The position numbers were made by a program, and so were the translations under genes. Under the pieces are notes generated by a model, which was not told where the DNA came from, ran no database searches, and saw nothing but the letters and a program-made list of their open reading frames with translations. From contig JBBRUX010000017.1 in the NCBI GenBank assembly GCA_038247415.1, positions 1-64,000 of the forward strand: a stretch of DNA of 64,000 bases, given 5' to 3'. The stretch is from Chitinivibrionales bacterium (lineage in GTDB: Bacteria; Fibrobacterota; Chitinivibrionia; Chitinivibrionales; WJKA01). This document shows, piece by piece, positions 1 to 9,727 of this stretch (its first letter is position 1; each line of letters starts with the position of its first letter).

Positions 1-705
1 CACGGCAGAAAAAGATTCTATATTCATGGTGGTAAAGAAGAAGGTTCTGCTCATGGAATAGATTTGACAAGCAAGATAAAAGAGTTTGTCGATGAGTTTA
101 ACAAATGTGGGAAGAGTCTGGTGCTGGTGGTAAGGGGCGGCACGGTATTGGTTGACGAAAGTGGTTCACTTATTACTTCAGCGCAGCTTGAAGCGATATA
201 CGGTTCCGCCTATAAGGCTTCAATTGCAACCTTTATCAAACCACTGAACGATGCGATGAAGAAATACGAGATCAATACACCGTTGCGAATCGCCCATTTT
301 ATTGCGCAAGTAGGGCATGAAAGCATGTGCTTCAAATACACCGAAGAAATTGCAAGTGGGGTGGCATACGAAGGACGGCTGGATCTTGGAAACACGCAGG
401 CAGGCGATGGCAAGAGATTTAAGGGTCGTGGATTGATTCAATTGACAGGAAGAGCCAATTATACGGAATACAGCAAAGAAAACGGGAAGGACTACTCAAC
501 AGAAAATAATCCAGGCTTGATTTCGACACAGCCGATGTTGGCATGTGATGTTGCTGGATGGTTCTGGAGGAGAAATGATCTGAATAGTCATGCTGACAAA
601 GACGACGTAACCAAGATAACGAAAGTGATTAATGGTGGTTTGAACGGTTTTGATGACCGGAAACGCATTCTTAAAGCAGCAAAAGGGGTATTCGATGTCA
701 AATAA
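1..705 (+). CDS. GH19 (lysozyme-like) peptidoglycan hydrolase with an upstream Tlde1/DUF2778-like domain remnant; 5'-truncated by the window
   Basis: Frame is open from base 1 (HGRKRFYIHGGKEEGSAHGIDL...), so the ORF-track start at 64 is not the true start. GH19 motifs HFIAQVGHES, YTEE, FKGRGLIQLTG and INGGLNG are present. Confidence 0.85.
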   Translation, partial: HGRKRFYIHGGKEEGSAHGIDLTSKIKEFVDEFNKCGKSLVLVVRGGTVLVDESGSLITSAQLEAIYGSAYKASIATFIKPLNDAMKKYEINTPLRIAHFIAQVGHESMCFKYTEEIASGVAYEGRLDLGNTQAGDGKRFKGRGLIQLTGRANYTEYSKENGKDYSTENNPGLISTQPMLACDVAGWFWRRNDLNSHADKDDVTKITKVINGGLNGFDDRKRILKAAKGVFDVK

Positions 706-1423
706 TAATTCGTTTAGCATTCTCAGAAGACCGGTGACTTTCAATCTCCTGTTGGTTGGCATTTTGGCTGTCTTGCTAAACCTTTATTGTCAAGGTTCGG
801 CTAAATATAATGTCAATAAGAATACGAAGAGAGAGTGCTTTGTTAAATTTAATCAATTGATAGATGGTTCGCAGTACGAATTTTGTATTACTCGTGTGAA
901 ACATGGCGAGGAATATTTGTATGATAGTGTTTTCTATAAGAATCGCACCGATACTGCTACACAAGGCTCATTCGGCGTTAGCAGTGAGTTGGACGCCAAT
1001 TCAACTGTGCCGAATTGGAACTTCCAAGATATCAATTTCGATGGGTCGGTTGATTTTTGCTTTTATTCGTTGAGAGGAACAGCAAATATGACTGGCCAAT
1101 ATTGGCTTTACAGTAAGAACGGGATATTCAGGTACCTTGGAAAATACCCCGCTTTGGTTCCTGATAGTAGAAGCAAGCTAATCTGCTCTTATGAACGCGG
1201 CGACTATGCAGGTGGTGAATATGAGAGCAAGGAATACTTTTTTGATAGGGATAGCTTGGTGGAGTGCCGGACTTTGTCGCAGAAGTTTAATGCAACGGTT
1301 GGAGACACTACGTTTTTTATTCTTATGGAAACCGCCCGGCCACCGTGCGGCATAATTGACAGGAAAGCACGGGTCAAGATGTTTCAGTTGGGTGATTCAA
1401 CCGTCATTGACACTGTTCGTTAA
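695..1423 (+). CDS. XAC2610-like periplasmic protein, putative immunity protein of the GH19 enzyme
   Basis: ATG at 695 overlaps the GH19 stop. N-terminal hydrophobic signal/TM segment, plus a DINFDGSVDF loop followed by GTAN...YWLY. Confidence 0.6.
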   Translation: MSNNNSFSILRRPVTFNLLLVGILAVLLNLYCQGSAKYNVNKNTKRECFVKFNQLIDGSQYEFCITRVKHGEEYLYDSVFYKNRTDTATQGSFGVSSELDANSTVPNWNFQDINFDGSVDFCFYSLRGTANMTGQYWLYSKNGIFRYLGKYPALVPDSRSKLICSYERGDYAGGEYESKEYFFDRDSLVECRTLSQKFNATVGDTTFFILMETARPPCGIIDRKARVKMFQLGDSTVIDTVR

Positions 1424-1457
1424 TAACACACACAGCCCAACGTGGAAAGAAAAACAG

Positions 1458-1889
1458 CTACCCCAACCTAGCCCCGCTCCACGTTTCAACCACAATTGCC
1501 CCACGCGCCACGAGCTTGACTTTGAATTTAAAAACGTCCTTGTCATGCTGAATACAAAACACCACGCACTCAAGAAACGCGCCTTTGCGGTTCAAGTGCC
1601 ATCCGGCAACCTTGACATCCTTGACCCATGAGCCGGAATACTTGATATAATCGCTGAGTGCCTTGCCGATTTCCTTTACATTCAAAGGAACTTCGACATA
1701 AGTATCGAAAAACAGGAGCTTGCCATAGAACAGCGGATTATTCGGGTCGTCATCGAGGGTGTTGTTGAGTTTTCGCTGCAAATAACCCTGCGCAGAATAG
1801 AATGAATGAAGAGGGCGTGGTACTTCCTCCAGTTCTACACCATTCAAGAAGTGCCCTAACAGGCAGTCGAGAAGCCACGCACGAGACAT
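1458..1889 (-). CDS. Hypothetical protein, weakly TssE/gp25 baseplate-like
   Basis: 143 aa. The pattern LLDCLLG...YLQRKLNN...YG...IGKALSDYI...VKDVKV echoes TssE (LLDRL..L..LLN..YG..I...I...EPRL..V.V) but is divergent. Confidence 0.35.
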   Translation of the reverse strand: MSRAWLLDCLLGHFLNGVELEEVPRPLHSFYSAQGYLQRKLNNTLDDDPNNPLFYGKLLFFDTYVEVPLNVKEIGKALSDYIKYSGSWVKDVKVAGWHLNRKGAFLECVVFCIQHDKDVFKFKVKLVARGAIVVETWSGARLG

Positions 1890-2370
1890 TGCAATTATCC
1901 TTGGTTTGAAAATCGGAATTGTTTAAAATACTTTGCCCGCATTAATTTTAGGTGCAGATACTATTTTCTCTCTACACTACACATAAAAATATCTCATTGA
2001 CCATTTTATGAAACATTCCCAATACCTTACAGAAATAAAAGCATGAATGAGAGTTGGCGCTTGAAAACCAGAACTAGGTCTTTATCAAAATTAATTTCTT
2101 TTGTAAATCAAGAACCTTACCGTCAACACTCAACCTCATGTTATGCATTTTCTTGCTGCACTGTATCTCCCTCACCTGCTCGGGCACACTTTACGCCCAA
2201 CCTGCTGGCGGCACTATGCCCTGCCAGAATATTGTCACAATGGGAGATACTTTTTGGAGCATACCATTATTGTTGACAACGGTGGTGAGATAGAAATGCA
2301 GAATTGCATTGTTGCGGGTTCCAATAGTGGAAATAGGTGCATTGCAATGACAAATGCGTAACCTGAAATA

Positions 2371-3300
2371 CTACACTCGCTCGTACCAATAGGCAAAAAG
2401 ATCGGCCATGGTTTGTGACAGTGGAATGGCAGGCTTCCACCCTGTATCGGCGAATAATTTGGCGGGATTTCCTCGGGATATTCTCCTGATTTCGCCGGCA
2501 CGCAGTCGTTCGGGTTTAACGGCATGAGTAATTGTCAAAGGGCAGTTTTCTGAAAGAGTCGATAGTATCCATCGTAATGACGTCGTGGTGCCACTGCAAA
2601 CATTGTAGATCTGATTCTTTGTGCCATTTGTAACAATCGTATAATACGCCTCAACAACATCGCGTACATCTAAAAAATCTATTTCCTGATCTAAATCGCC
2701 AACCTGAATTTCCGGTTTTTGTAAACCTTTGGCAACAAGGGCGCACTGGTAGGCCCAATCGGAACATACAAAACGGTTGGATTGCCCAGGGCCTGTATGA
2801 TTAAATGAACGTGAATGTCGTATGTCAATGTCGAATTGTCGCGAATATTGTTGACCTATAAGCTCTGCTGCATATTTTGAAATCCCATAAAAATCGATGG
2901 GCCTACAAACGGTCGATTCATCGATAGACGATTCTCCTCCAGTAAGACCATATTCCTTAAGCGATCCTATCATGAGCGTAATTGCACCTGGTACTGCTTT
3001 TTTGACAGCATCTAAAAGGGAAGCTGCACCCATGACGGTAATATCAATTGAAAATTTAGGAGTGCTGGCATTATCGGGAACAAAACTAAGGCCTGCCAGA
3101 TGAAAAATGTAATCTGGTTGAATGTCGCTTAAAATGGCACAAAGTTGCTCTGAATCTCTCATGTCAACTTTATAATATTTGTCGGCATGTGCGCACGTTT
3201 CAGCTTGGTCGATTCCACTGACCTCGTGCCCTTTGGTTTTGAGATACTGTGTGAGATGATTGCCTACGAAACCATGAATGCCTGTAATAAAAGATTTCAC
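2371..3300 (-). CDS. NDP-sugar SDR (GDP-mannose 4,6-dehydratase / GDP-4-dehydro-6-deoxymannose reductase family)
   Basis: Motifs GIHGFVG, HLAG, YGISK, RSFNHTGPGQ and DFLDVRDVV; GTG start. Confidence 0.85.
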   Translation of the reverse strand: MKSFITGIHGFVGNHLTQYLKTKGHEVSGIDQAETCAHADKYYKVDMRDSEQLCAILSDIQPDYIFHLAGLSFVPDNASTPKFSIDITVMGAASLLDAVKKAVPGAITLMIGSLKEYGLTGGESSIDESTVCRPIDFYGISKYAAELIGQQYSRQFDIDIRHSRSFNHTGPGQSNRFVCSDWAYQCALVAKGLQKPEIQVGDLDQEIDFLDVRDVVEAYYTIVTNGTKNQIYNVCSGTTTSLRWILSTLSENCPLTITHAVKPERLRAGEIRRISRGNPAKLFADTGWKPAIPLSQTMADLFAYWYERV

Positions 3301-3378
3301 TACGTACCTCTACTAAGGTGTGCATCATGCAGAGAAGATGCTCAATAAAAAATGATGGTGTATATTCATCCCAAACAA

Positions 3379-4284
3379 TCAAAATAAACTCTGGCGGCAT
3401 ATTTCGAGAACACTTTTTATGGATATCATTTTCATTGTGTGCGCTGCACGAGGTGAAGAGCTATCCTTGAGAGCCTCATCTGCTTGAACAATAGTAACGG
3501 CATTCCCGCAGGGCGAAAATTGCAGTGCATTAGAAGGGCCAAAAAGAACAGTGCTGGGCAATCCCAAAGCTGCCGCAAGGTGCGCTATCCCAGAGTCATT
3601 ACCGATATAAAGTCGAGCTTGCACAAGAGAACTGGCAAGTTCCCAAAGATCAAGGTCGCACAAAATTATATCGCTATTTGGCAACCGCTCTACAAGTGAT
3701 TCTTCGGCATATCCAATAACCCATGAAATGGGGGAGTTTATACGTAGCTGTTGAGCGAGATCGAGAAAGCGATTGAGTGGCCAATTTTTTTTAAGGCTGC
3801 CAGAACCTGGGTGTATGGCTATGGGTGCATTGCGCGGTTGAGTTGCACCTGCAATCGAAATAAGAGGATACGCGATAGGAGTATCCTGCACGTTGAAAAA
3901 ATGTGCAAGGGCAGCGCGATGATAACGATATACAAGTATGTCTTTTGTAGGGAATGGCGCATGCGCAAAGGTGACAGGAATATATTTCTTGACGTTACTT
4001 ACAAATAGAGAGTCTGGTTCGGTAAAGATAATCGCTTGGTCAAAGTTCATTAAAAAAGCACCTATTGCATCGCTGGGGATTTCTTGAAACAAACTGGAAA
4101 ACAGTCTCTCATTAAAATTGTAGGCGTTTTGAATAATTCCAGTTTTGCATAAAAAAGTACCAAATGCTCCCTGTCCTAAAAAAGTATATGTACACGAAGA
4201 AAAGTTAGATCGATGCACGTTGAGCGCCGGAAGGATCCCAAGGCAGTCTCCCAATGCTCCGGCATGAAAAATTAGGACGCGCAT
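3379..4284 (-). CDS. Glycosyltransferase family 9 (heptosyltransferase-like)
   Basis: Motifs GALGD, IHPGSG..KNWP, GNDSGIAHLAAA and LFGP. Confidence 0.9.
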   Translation of the reverse strand: MRVLIFHAGALGDCLGILPALNVHRSNFSSCTYTFLGQGAFGTFLCKTGIIQNAYNFNERLFSSLFQEIPSDAIGAFLMNFDQAIIFTEPDSLFVSNVKKYIPVTFAHAPFPTKDILVYRYHRAALAHFFNVQDTPIAYPLISIAGATQPRNAPIAIHPGSGSLKKNWPLNRFLDLAQQLRINSPISWVIGYAEESLVERLPNSDIILCDLDLWELASSLVQARLYIGNDSGIAHLAAALGLPSTVLFGPSNALQFSPCGNAVTIVQADEALKDSSSPRAAHTMKMISIKSVLEICRQSLF

Positions 4285-5270
4285 AATTTTTGAAAGTATG
4301 TTTTTTCGGATTCAAGGGTAATCCCCGAAAGCGCTTCTAATCGTGAAATCCGATCAAGCATTTTTGTGGCCATCTCATTGTTTTTAAGAACATTGAGGGA
4401 ATTTGTTGTATGCTGCATGCTCGCATGAATAGGAGCAAGCTCAAGCATGAAGTATTGATGTTTTTTGCTTATGCAGGATGCTACAAATATATCCCAGATA
4501 TACTCGATTGCATTAACGCTCGGGTGTACCATGTCGGTATCATAAAAGCGATAATCTCTTAATTCGTCAAGGAGAATCTCATAGGCAGGAAAATAGAAGA
4601 TAGTAGGGAACTGTTGCATGAGCTGATAAATAAGATTGGTACAACGCCCTTTACTGACAGAATTTTCAAAAGGTGTATCACGCAGGTGGCGCACGGGGCT
4701 TACTGTCATGATAATAGATAGATGTGGGTGCTGCTGCAAAAGGGAATCTATGAGTGCACTCCATCTTTCAATCAACATACTGTCATCAAGAAGTATTCTT
4801 TCGAAATCTGATGATGGCAGAGTGTGACAATTTGCGGCGATGGCTTTTGTTTTTTTATGCAAATAGGCATAGGCAGTTCCTACTGTAATTATCAGCATGC
4901 CATGATCCTGAATTTGAGCCATTCCCTCATGCAAACAGGTGTTCATTTTTTTAAGGCAGGCATCTATCGAAGTATCATTGAAGAAACTGTGATGTGCGAG
5001 GCTTTTGTATAGGGCGTTGTGCAGGAAAATGTCCTGGGCAACAAATTCTTTGCGTGCGATAAGTCGATCGAGTAGATCGGCTATTGATGCGGGGTTAAAT
5101 AAAATGCCGGAAGGATTATGTACTATTGAGCAATGGTTATCTGCCAATTGATGTGCTATGGTGTTTGCAAAACAAGACCCAATCGATAGAATGGGTGTGG
5201 TTGACTCGATGGCAAACGAAGCTTGTGCAGTGGAAACAGGAGTACGGAATCGGAATTCACCGGAGGCCAT
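4272..5270 (-). CDS. GSCFA domain protein (SGNH-like)
   Basis: Motifs IGSCFA, TVSPVRH and YFPAYEI..DELRDYRFY..DMVHPS. Confidence 0.9.
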   Translation of the reverse strand: MASGEFRFRTPVSTAQASFAIESTTPILSIGSCFANTIAHQLADNHCSIVHNPSGILFNPASIADLLDRLIARKEFVAQDIFLHNALYKSLAHHSFFNDTSIDACLKKMNTCLHEGMAQIQDHGMLIITVGTAYAYLHKKTKAIAANCHTLPSSDFERILLDDSMLIERWSALIDSLLQQHPHLSIIMTVSPVRHLRDTPFENSVSKGRCTNLIYQLMQQFPTIFYFPAYEILLDELRDYRFYDTDMVHPSVNAIEYIWDIFVASCISKKHQYFMLELAPIHASMQHTTNSLNVLKNNEMATKMLDRISRLEALSGITLESEKTYFQKLCAS

Positions 5271-5272
5271 AA

Positions 5273-7327
5273 TTAATCGAGCCCGATAGTATTCTTACCA
5301 TCCATAATCACCAGACCTTTAAAAAATTCTGAAGCTGAACCAGCTGCTTTAAATGGCCGGGGAGATTTGCCTGTCCCAACGTAAAAACCTACTTGATAAA
5401 GAATATCTCCCTTAGTTGCTTCCTGGGATTCTACGCGCACGGCGAGCATGTCGAGCCGACAGTTTTGCCAATAGGGGGGCGCGTTTCTTTCACCACCGGG
5501 TAAATAAATGAGCCCCTTGGTTCGGCCCCATACAAATTGGAAGAGAAGATTGTTTTCTACACTTGCCCAAAATGCTGGGCAACTCACTTCACGGTGTTTT
5601 GTATCGCTCTGAACAAATGTTTCTCGTAAAGATCCGCTGTTAAACGAAAGCTTGTAACCACTCCAATGATCATTGACAAGGTAAAGAGGAGAGAGATATT
5701 GCTCATTGAAAAAGAGATTTTGCTCGGCTACAATCTGATCAAAAACAAGAATTCCTTCATCTCCCCAGCTTAAAACGCGCACATCCCGGCGCAAAAGCTT
5801 TGCGCCCGATCGATCGCGGTAGATAATCCGACCATAGGTATCAAACCCATCTTTAATAAATCGATCCTGATGAAAGGCAACCTCGGATTGCTTTACCTCA
5901 TTGCGCACACTGGGGATTCCCAGAAGCGATGCTTTACATGATGCTATGAGTTCGGGATTGTCGTGAACGCTTAAATTGATAAGCGGGTGGTTGCCCAGGG
6001 CCTTCCACGCTACGCTGCGCGTGGTGCGGGTGTTACGCCGGTAGCAGACTTGCACATAAGGATAAATTCGCCGGGTATCAACCGCGCTTTCGATTTGCCC
6101 AGATGAATAAAATCTGAATTCTTTTTGAAAGGGCAGAATTGCAAGCATCGCCAGTTCGAATCCTACTTGACTTTGGTACAGCAGTTCCCAGCCTTCGTAC
6201 ACGGGCTCAAAACCAAGCACCCATTGCCCTGTTTTTTTAGGATTTGTAGTAACCAGTCCTTCCATCCACGAGAGAAGCCTGCTTGTCATACGTAAAGCAC
6301 GAGGATCGTTGTTCCATAACCCCCATGCAAGCGCAAAGGGCCGCGGTATAAACATGGGGAGGTCGTGCCCACCTGGTTCGTATATCATACCAGTTGGTAA
6401 ACAAAATCTCAGCAGCACATCATGGGTATCCTGATGATGTTTGCGGCGTAGAAATTCGGGTGGTTCTTTTTCTGCCATCGAATAAGCAGCCATCGATAAT
6501 ACAACCCACATGCCATAGGTTAAAATTCCCGGCTGAAAAAAGCCGTGATTCTCTGCTGTCATATCAGGAAAGAGCGTGGTGGTAGAAGTTTCCTTGGCTA
6601 CCGAGGACCCATAATATTCTGTGTGGTCGCCTTTATCCAGGACCGTCGAGGCCGTATTGAGAGAAAACTTACGCAATGCGCATTCCCAGTCTTTATAATT
6701 GGGATGATTTGGCAGGAGATTAACTGCCCAGGCAAGCACGAGGGTATCCTGGGCATTTTCTTCGAGCTTTGTGTCGATTTCACATCCATTAGGCGGGCGA
6801 ACATTAATAAATCTATCTGCTTCAAATGCGAGTATGTCAAGAACTTGGTCGAAGAGATCCGGAGCAATTACTTCTTTGGACAAAAAGGCAGCTAATGCGA
6901 GTTGGGCAGTCCAAAGGCTGGATCGCCAGTTTTCTCCCCATCGTTTACGTTTAAGAAAACCTTCAACATCGTGATTGCCGCACAGGTGTGTTGCACAGGC
7001 CCACGCTATGCCTTTTTGCAAAAGCGTTGCACCTTCGTCGCGCGTAATAATGCCATGTGCAATATCGAACGAATCGGCGTAGAGGTAACTTGCCAAGATG
7101 CAAAGGCATTGCACATGAGGACGAATGACATATTCGATAACCGGCGACGAGCTTTCCACATGCGCCATATTAAAGCTTGCGGGATTGACATTTCCAAAAA
7201 TTCCGTATTCGGGTCCTAAATCGTGCCACGAATTGAGATAATAAGGAAGTGAGTGCGAGAGGAGTCGGAAGACTGTTGACGAATCGAGTTCTTCGTTAAA
7301 ATAGAGAACCTGGGTTTTGCTATTCAT
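5273..7327 (-). CDS. Hypothetical 684 aa protein, possibly heparinase II/III-like lyase fold
   Basis: Long ORF in an operon. Helical N-half and beta-rich C-half, an ENHGFF motif, and no signal peptide. Confidence 0.45.
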   Translation of the reverse strand: MNSKTQVLYFNEELDSSTVFRLLSHSLPYYLNSWHDLGPEYGIFGNVNPASFNMAHVESSSPVIEYVIRPHVQCLCILASYLYADSFDIAHGIITRDEGATLLQKGIAWACATHLCGNHDVEGFLKRKRWGENWRSSLWTAQLALAAFLSKEVIAPDLFDQVLDILAFEADRFINVRPPNGCEIDTKLEENAQDTLVLAWAVNLLPNHPNYKDWECALRKFSLNTASTVLDKGDHTEYYGSSVAKETSTTTLFPDMTAENHGFFQPGILTYGMWVVLSMAAYSMAEKEPPEFLRRKHHQDTHDVLLRFCLPTGMIYEPGGHDLPMFIPRPFALAWGLWNNDPRALRMTSRLLSWMEGLVTTNPKKTGQWVLGFEPVYEGWELLYQSQVGFELAMLAILPFQKEFRFYSSGQIESAVDTRRIYPYVQVCYRRNTRTTRSVAWKALGNHPLINLSVHDNPELIASCKASLLGIPSVRNEVKQSEVAFHQDRFIKDGFDTYGRIIYRDRSGAKLLRRDVRVLSWGDEGILVFDQIVAEQNLFFNEQYLSPLYLVNDHWSGYKLSFNSGSLRETFVQSDTKHREVSCPAFWASVENNLLFQFVWGRTKGLIYLPGGERNAPPYWQNCRLDMLAVRVESQEATKGDILYQVGFYVGTGKSPRPFKAAGSASEFFKGLVIMDGKNTIGLD

Positions 7328-7554
7328 GATTCAAGAGGGTGTTCCATGGGGTAGATGGTAATGGTGCCGGATGCAGCAGCCTGCAGACATTTTTTTGCAA
7401 ATTCTCGTGCGGTATTAGAATCGTACAAAACTAGAAAACGATCACCAAAAAAGCGAGGAATTCGGTCGCCCGAGAGCCAGTCGCTATGTGCTTCGACCAT
7501 GGATTGTAAAAATGCAGGATCGTCGCTGCTGCTGCCAATTCCGATATAGGCCAT
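7324..7554 (-). CDS. Small hypothetical protein
   Basis: 76 aa ORF with an ATGA overlap onto the downstream gene. Confidence 0.65.
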   Translation of the reverse strand: MAYIGIGSSSDDPAFLQSMVEAHSDWLSGDRIPRFFGDRFLVLYDSNTAREFAKKCLQAAASGTITIYPMEHPLES

Positions 7555-7703
7555 TGCAAAAATGCTTTCGAAAAACTTTTAAATATTAAGTAGTTCTAAG
7601 AAATTAATTCAAAAGCAGATCAATCGAAAGGCAGAAAGAGGGATAGTCCTGTATCGCGGGGCATAAAATTTTCGAGCCAGGAAAGCACAATGTTAGATTT
7701 GAG

Positions 7704-8273
7704 CTAAATCTTCTTATTATTAGAAGTATTAGTAGATCTCGCTTTTTGCTCAAATGCACTTTCGGTTCCAAAGATTTGGATAATTGGATCGATTTTAAAC
7801 CGCAAGAGTTCAGGTTCTAACGCATGTGCCGGATCGAGAATTGCTGCATAATGTCCTAAATCGGTGAATGTACGATAGAAATTGAGAAGTATCTCAGCGC
7901 ACACCTGATCCAGTGCCTTGGTTTCTTTTAGTCGTATTGCTAAAGCTTTGATATTTGAGCTGTTTATTTTTTCAAATTCGGCTTTAAGCACATCCTGATG
8001 CTCTAAAATTGCATACCCAGCGAGGTCGATAATGTGAAAATGCGTTTTTGATGATATGAAAAGATCAAGATAGGTATCTTTTACACCTTGTTCTCTAGAT
8101 CGGTCGATTGTATCACCGGCGGGTTTTCCCGTTATGCGGGCTACTATGCTTTGAACAGTTTCCAAGGGTAGCTTAAGTGTCGCCGCGATAAGGGGATTAG
8201 CTACATTTTTTTTAGCAAGACGATAAATCCTATGGTACATCTCGGCAGAAATTTCGTTAGATTTAGAACCCAT
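7704..8273 (-). CDS. Protein with N-terminal HTH-like segment and C-terminal STAS-like domain
   Basis: IAATLKLPLETVQSIV is HTH-like. IIDLAG...LAIRLKETKALD...IQIF follows the STAS pattern. Confidence 0.55.
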   Translation of the reverse strand: MGSKSNEISAEMYHRIYRLAKKNVANPLIAATLKLPLETVQSIVARITGKPAGDTIDRSREQGVKDTYLDLFISSKTHFHIIDLAGYAILEHQDVLKAEFEKINSSNIKALAIRLKETKALDQVCAEILLNFYRTFTDLGHYAAILDPAHALEPELLRFKIDPIIQIFGTESAFEQKARSTNTSNNKKI

Positions 8274-8413
8274 AGCGCCTACATGCTTCCTGAATCGAAG
8301 AAAGAGCTACTAATAAATAGTATCTAATTAGCCTTTTTATCGTATCTTGAAGGATAAAGAAAGTCAAGAATACACTCTAAAAATTTAAATTACTCTGAAA
8401 TGCACTTATACCG

Positions 8414-8442
8414 TTGACATTTTTTCAACGTGCTATTATTTT
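8414..8442 (+). promoter_or_regulatory. Sigma70-type promoter of tRNA-Asn
   Basis: TTGACA (8414-8419), 17-bp spacer, TATTTT (8437-8442). Confidence 0.65.
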
Positions 8443-8479
8443 TATCAAGCTCTTTATCGATTTGATTCGCCGAATTTAC

Positions 8480-8555
8480 TGCTCAGTAGCTCAGTCGGCA
8501 GAGCAAGTGGCTGTTAACCACTGGGTCGGGGGTTCAAATCCCTCCTGAGCAGCCA
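8480..8555 (+). tRNA. tRNA-Asn(GTT)
   Basis: Acceptor stem TGCTCAG/CTGAGCA, anticodon arm GTGG-CTGTTAA-CCAC, T-loop GTTCAAATC, encoded CCA; 76 nt. Confidence 0.97.
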
Positions 8556-8559
8556 TTCT

Positions 8560-8599
8560 AAAAAGCCTTTTTTTCATACGTGAAAAAAAGGCTTTTTTT
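8560..8599 (+). terminator. Intrinsic terminator, probably bidirectional
   Basis: AAAAAGCCTTTTTTTCA-tacg-TGAAAAAAAGGCTTTTT perfect hairpin with a T-tract. Confidence 0.85.
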
Positions 8600-8817
8600 A
8601 TCTTCATAAGCCCCTGCCACATTTGAAGTTGCATTTTAGCTCTCTGCTAATATATTCTCTATACCTTTTTGGTTTAAATTGATTATATTAATTTTAGCGT
8701 GTTGATTGTAGTCATTATTTTTTGTTGTAGTGCGCAGTTTATGTTTCTTTGTAAAGTATCTGAACCTAAAGAGTAACGATAGTTTTGATTTGATCCGTAG
8801 AATTGAGGATCCGATTG

Positions 8818-9651
8818 ATGAAAAAAATTCTTTTTTCCCGCTTACTGAGTCGATTTAATAGTAGTATGCTGGGCATTGTTTTCGTATGTAACGCCCTTGT
8901 AGCTGCAACCTATCTCAATGTTCCATCCAAAGATTACCCTACAATCAATAGCGCGCTTGCGAAGGCACAAGTAGCCGATACCGTCATACTCGATGACGGA
9001 GTATATCATGAGCGGATACTCATCGATGCAGGACTTTGTGTGATGGCACGTAATCCACATAAAGCTATTATCGATGGTGGAGGTCGAGGGACTGTTGTTG
9101 CCATGAATGATGATTCTCGGCTCTTATCGGTTGTGGTAAAAAATGGCACTATTGGCGTTTTTACGCGCGCACGCAATGTTTTTATTTCGGATTGCTATAT
9201 CCTCAATAATTACATGACCGGCATAATGTTCGTTCGTCAAATGCCAACAATAGTAGAAAATGTGATTGCTTTTAATGCCGGCAGTGGCATTCAAACCTGG
9301 GATGTAAAAGGCTCGGGTGAGTCGTTGCATCATAATACTATTGCCTATAATCAAAATCATGGCATTTCTCTTGGCGGACAATCTACGTTTAAGATCGAAT
9401 ACAATATTATTGCGTTCAATAAAAATATGGCGATTAAAACATGGGGAAATTCAGGCAAGGTCGAGATTGTCAACAATAATTTTTACGATAATCTTATGCA
9501 AGATCTGCCTGCTAACAATGCTTCCTACGACCCTGTCTTCAAATCCCCACGAATACACCTTAATTTCAGGGTAACAAGCAAGGATGCATGCAAAAATTGT
9601 GACAGCGATAAAGGGTATGGGGTTCAAAGCCTTCTGCCGGGCTCTTTTTGA
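8818..9651 (+). CDS. Secreted right-handed parallel beta-helix (NosD/pectin-lyase-like) protein
   Basis: Signal peptide, VPSKDYPTINSAL..GVYHE start motif, and repeated N.IA.N...GI units. Confidence 0.8.
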   Translation: MKKILFSRLLSRFNSSMLGIVFVCNALVAATYLNVPSKDYPTINSALAKAQVADTVILDDGVYHERILIDAGLCVMARNPHKAIIDGGGRGTVVAMNDDSRLLSVVVKNGTIGVFTRARNVFISDCYILNNYMTGIMFVRQMPTIVENVIAFNAGSGIQTWDVKGSGESLHHNTIAYNQNHGISLGGQSTFKIEYNIIAFNKNMAIKTWGNSGKVEIVNNNFYDNLMQDLPANNASYDPVFKSPRIHLNFRVTSKDACKNCDSDKGYGVQSLLPGSF

Positions 9652-9727
9652 GTTTTGCAGGACTCAAAGAATTTATTGTTTGAAGAAATGCTTAGATCAT
9701 AAATGTATTTGTAAACGGGAGGGTAAG

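Noticed and set aside
64..705. Prophage endolysin
   Set aside because: No holin, spanin or phage genes are downstream. It is followed by an immunity-like gene and fused to a toxin-like domain.
1890..2370. Short ORFs (2043-2276, 2143-2361) or a riboswitch in the intergenic gap
   Set aside because: The ORFs overlap, lack RBS and motifs, and no recognisable aptamer is present.
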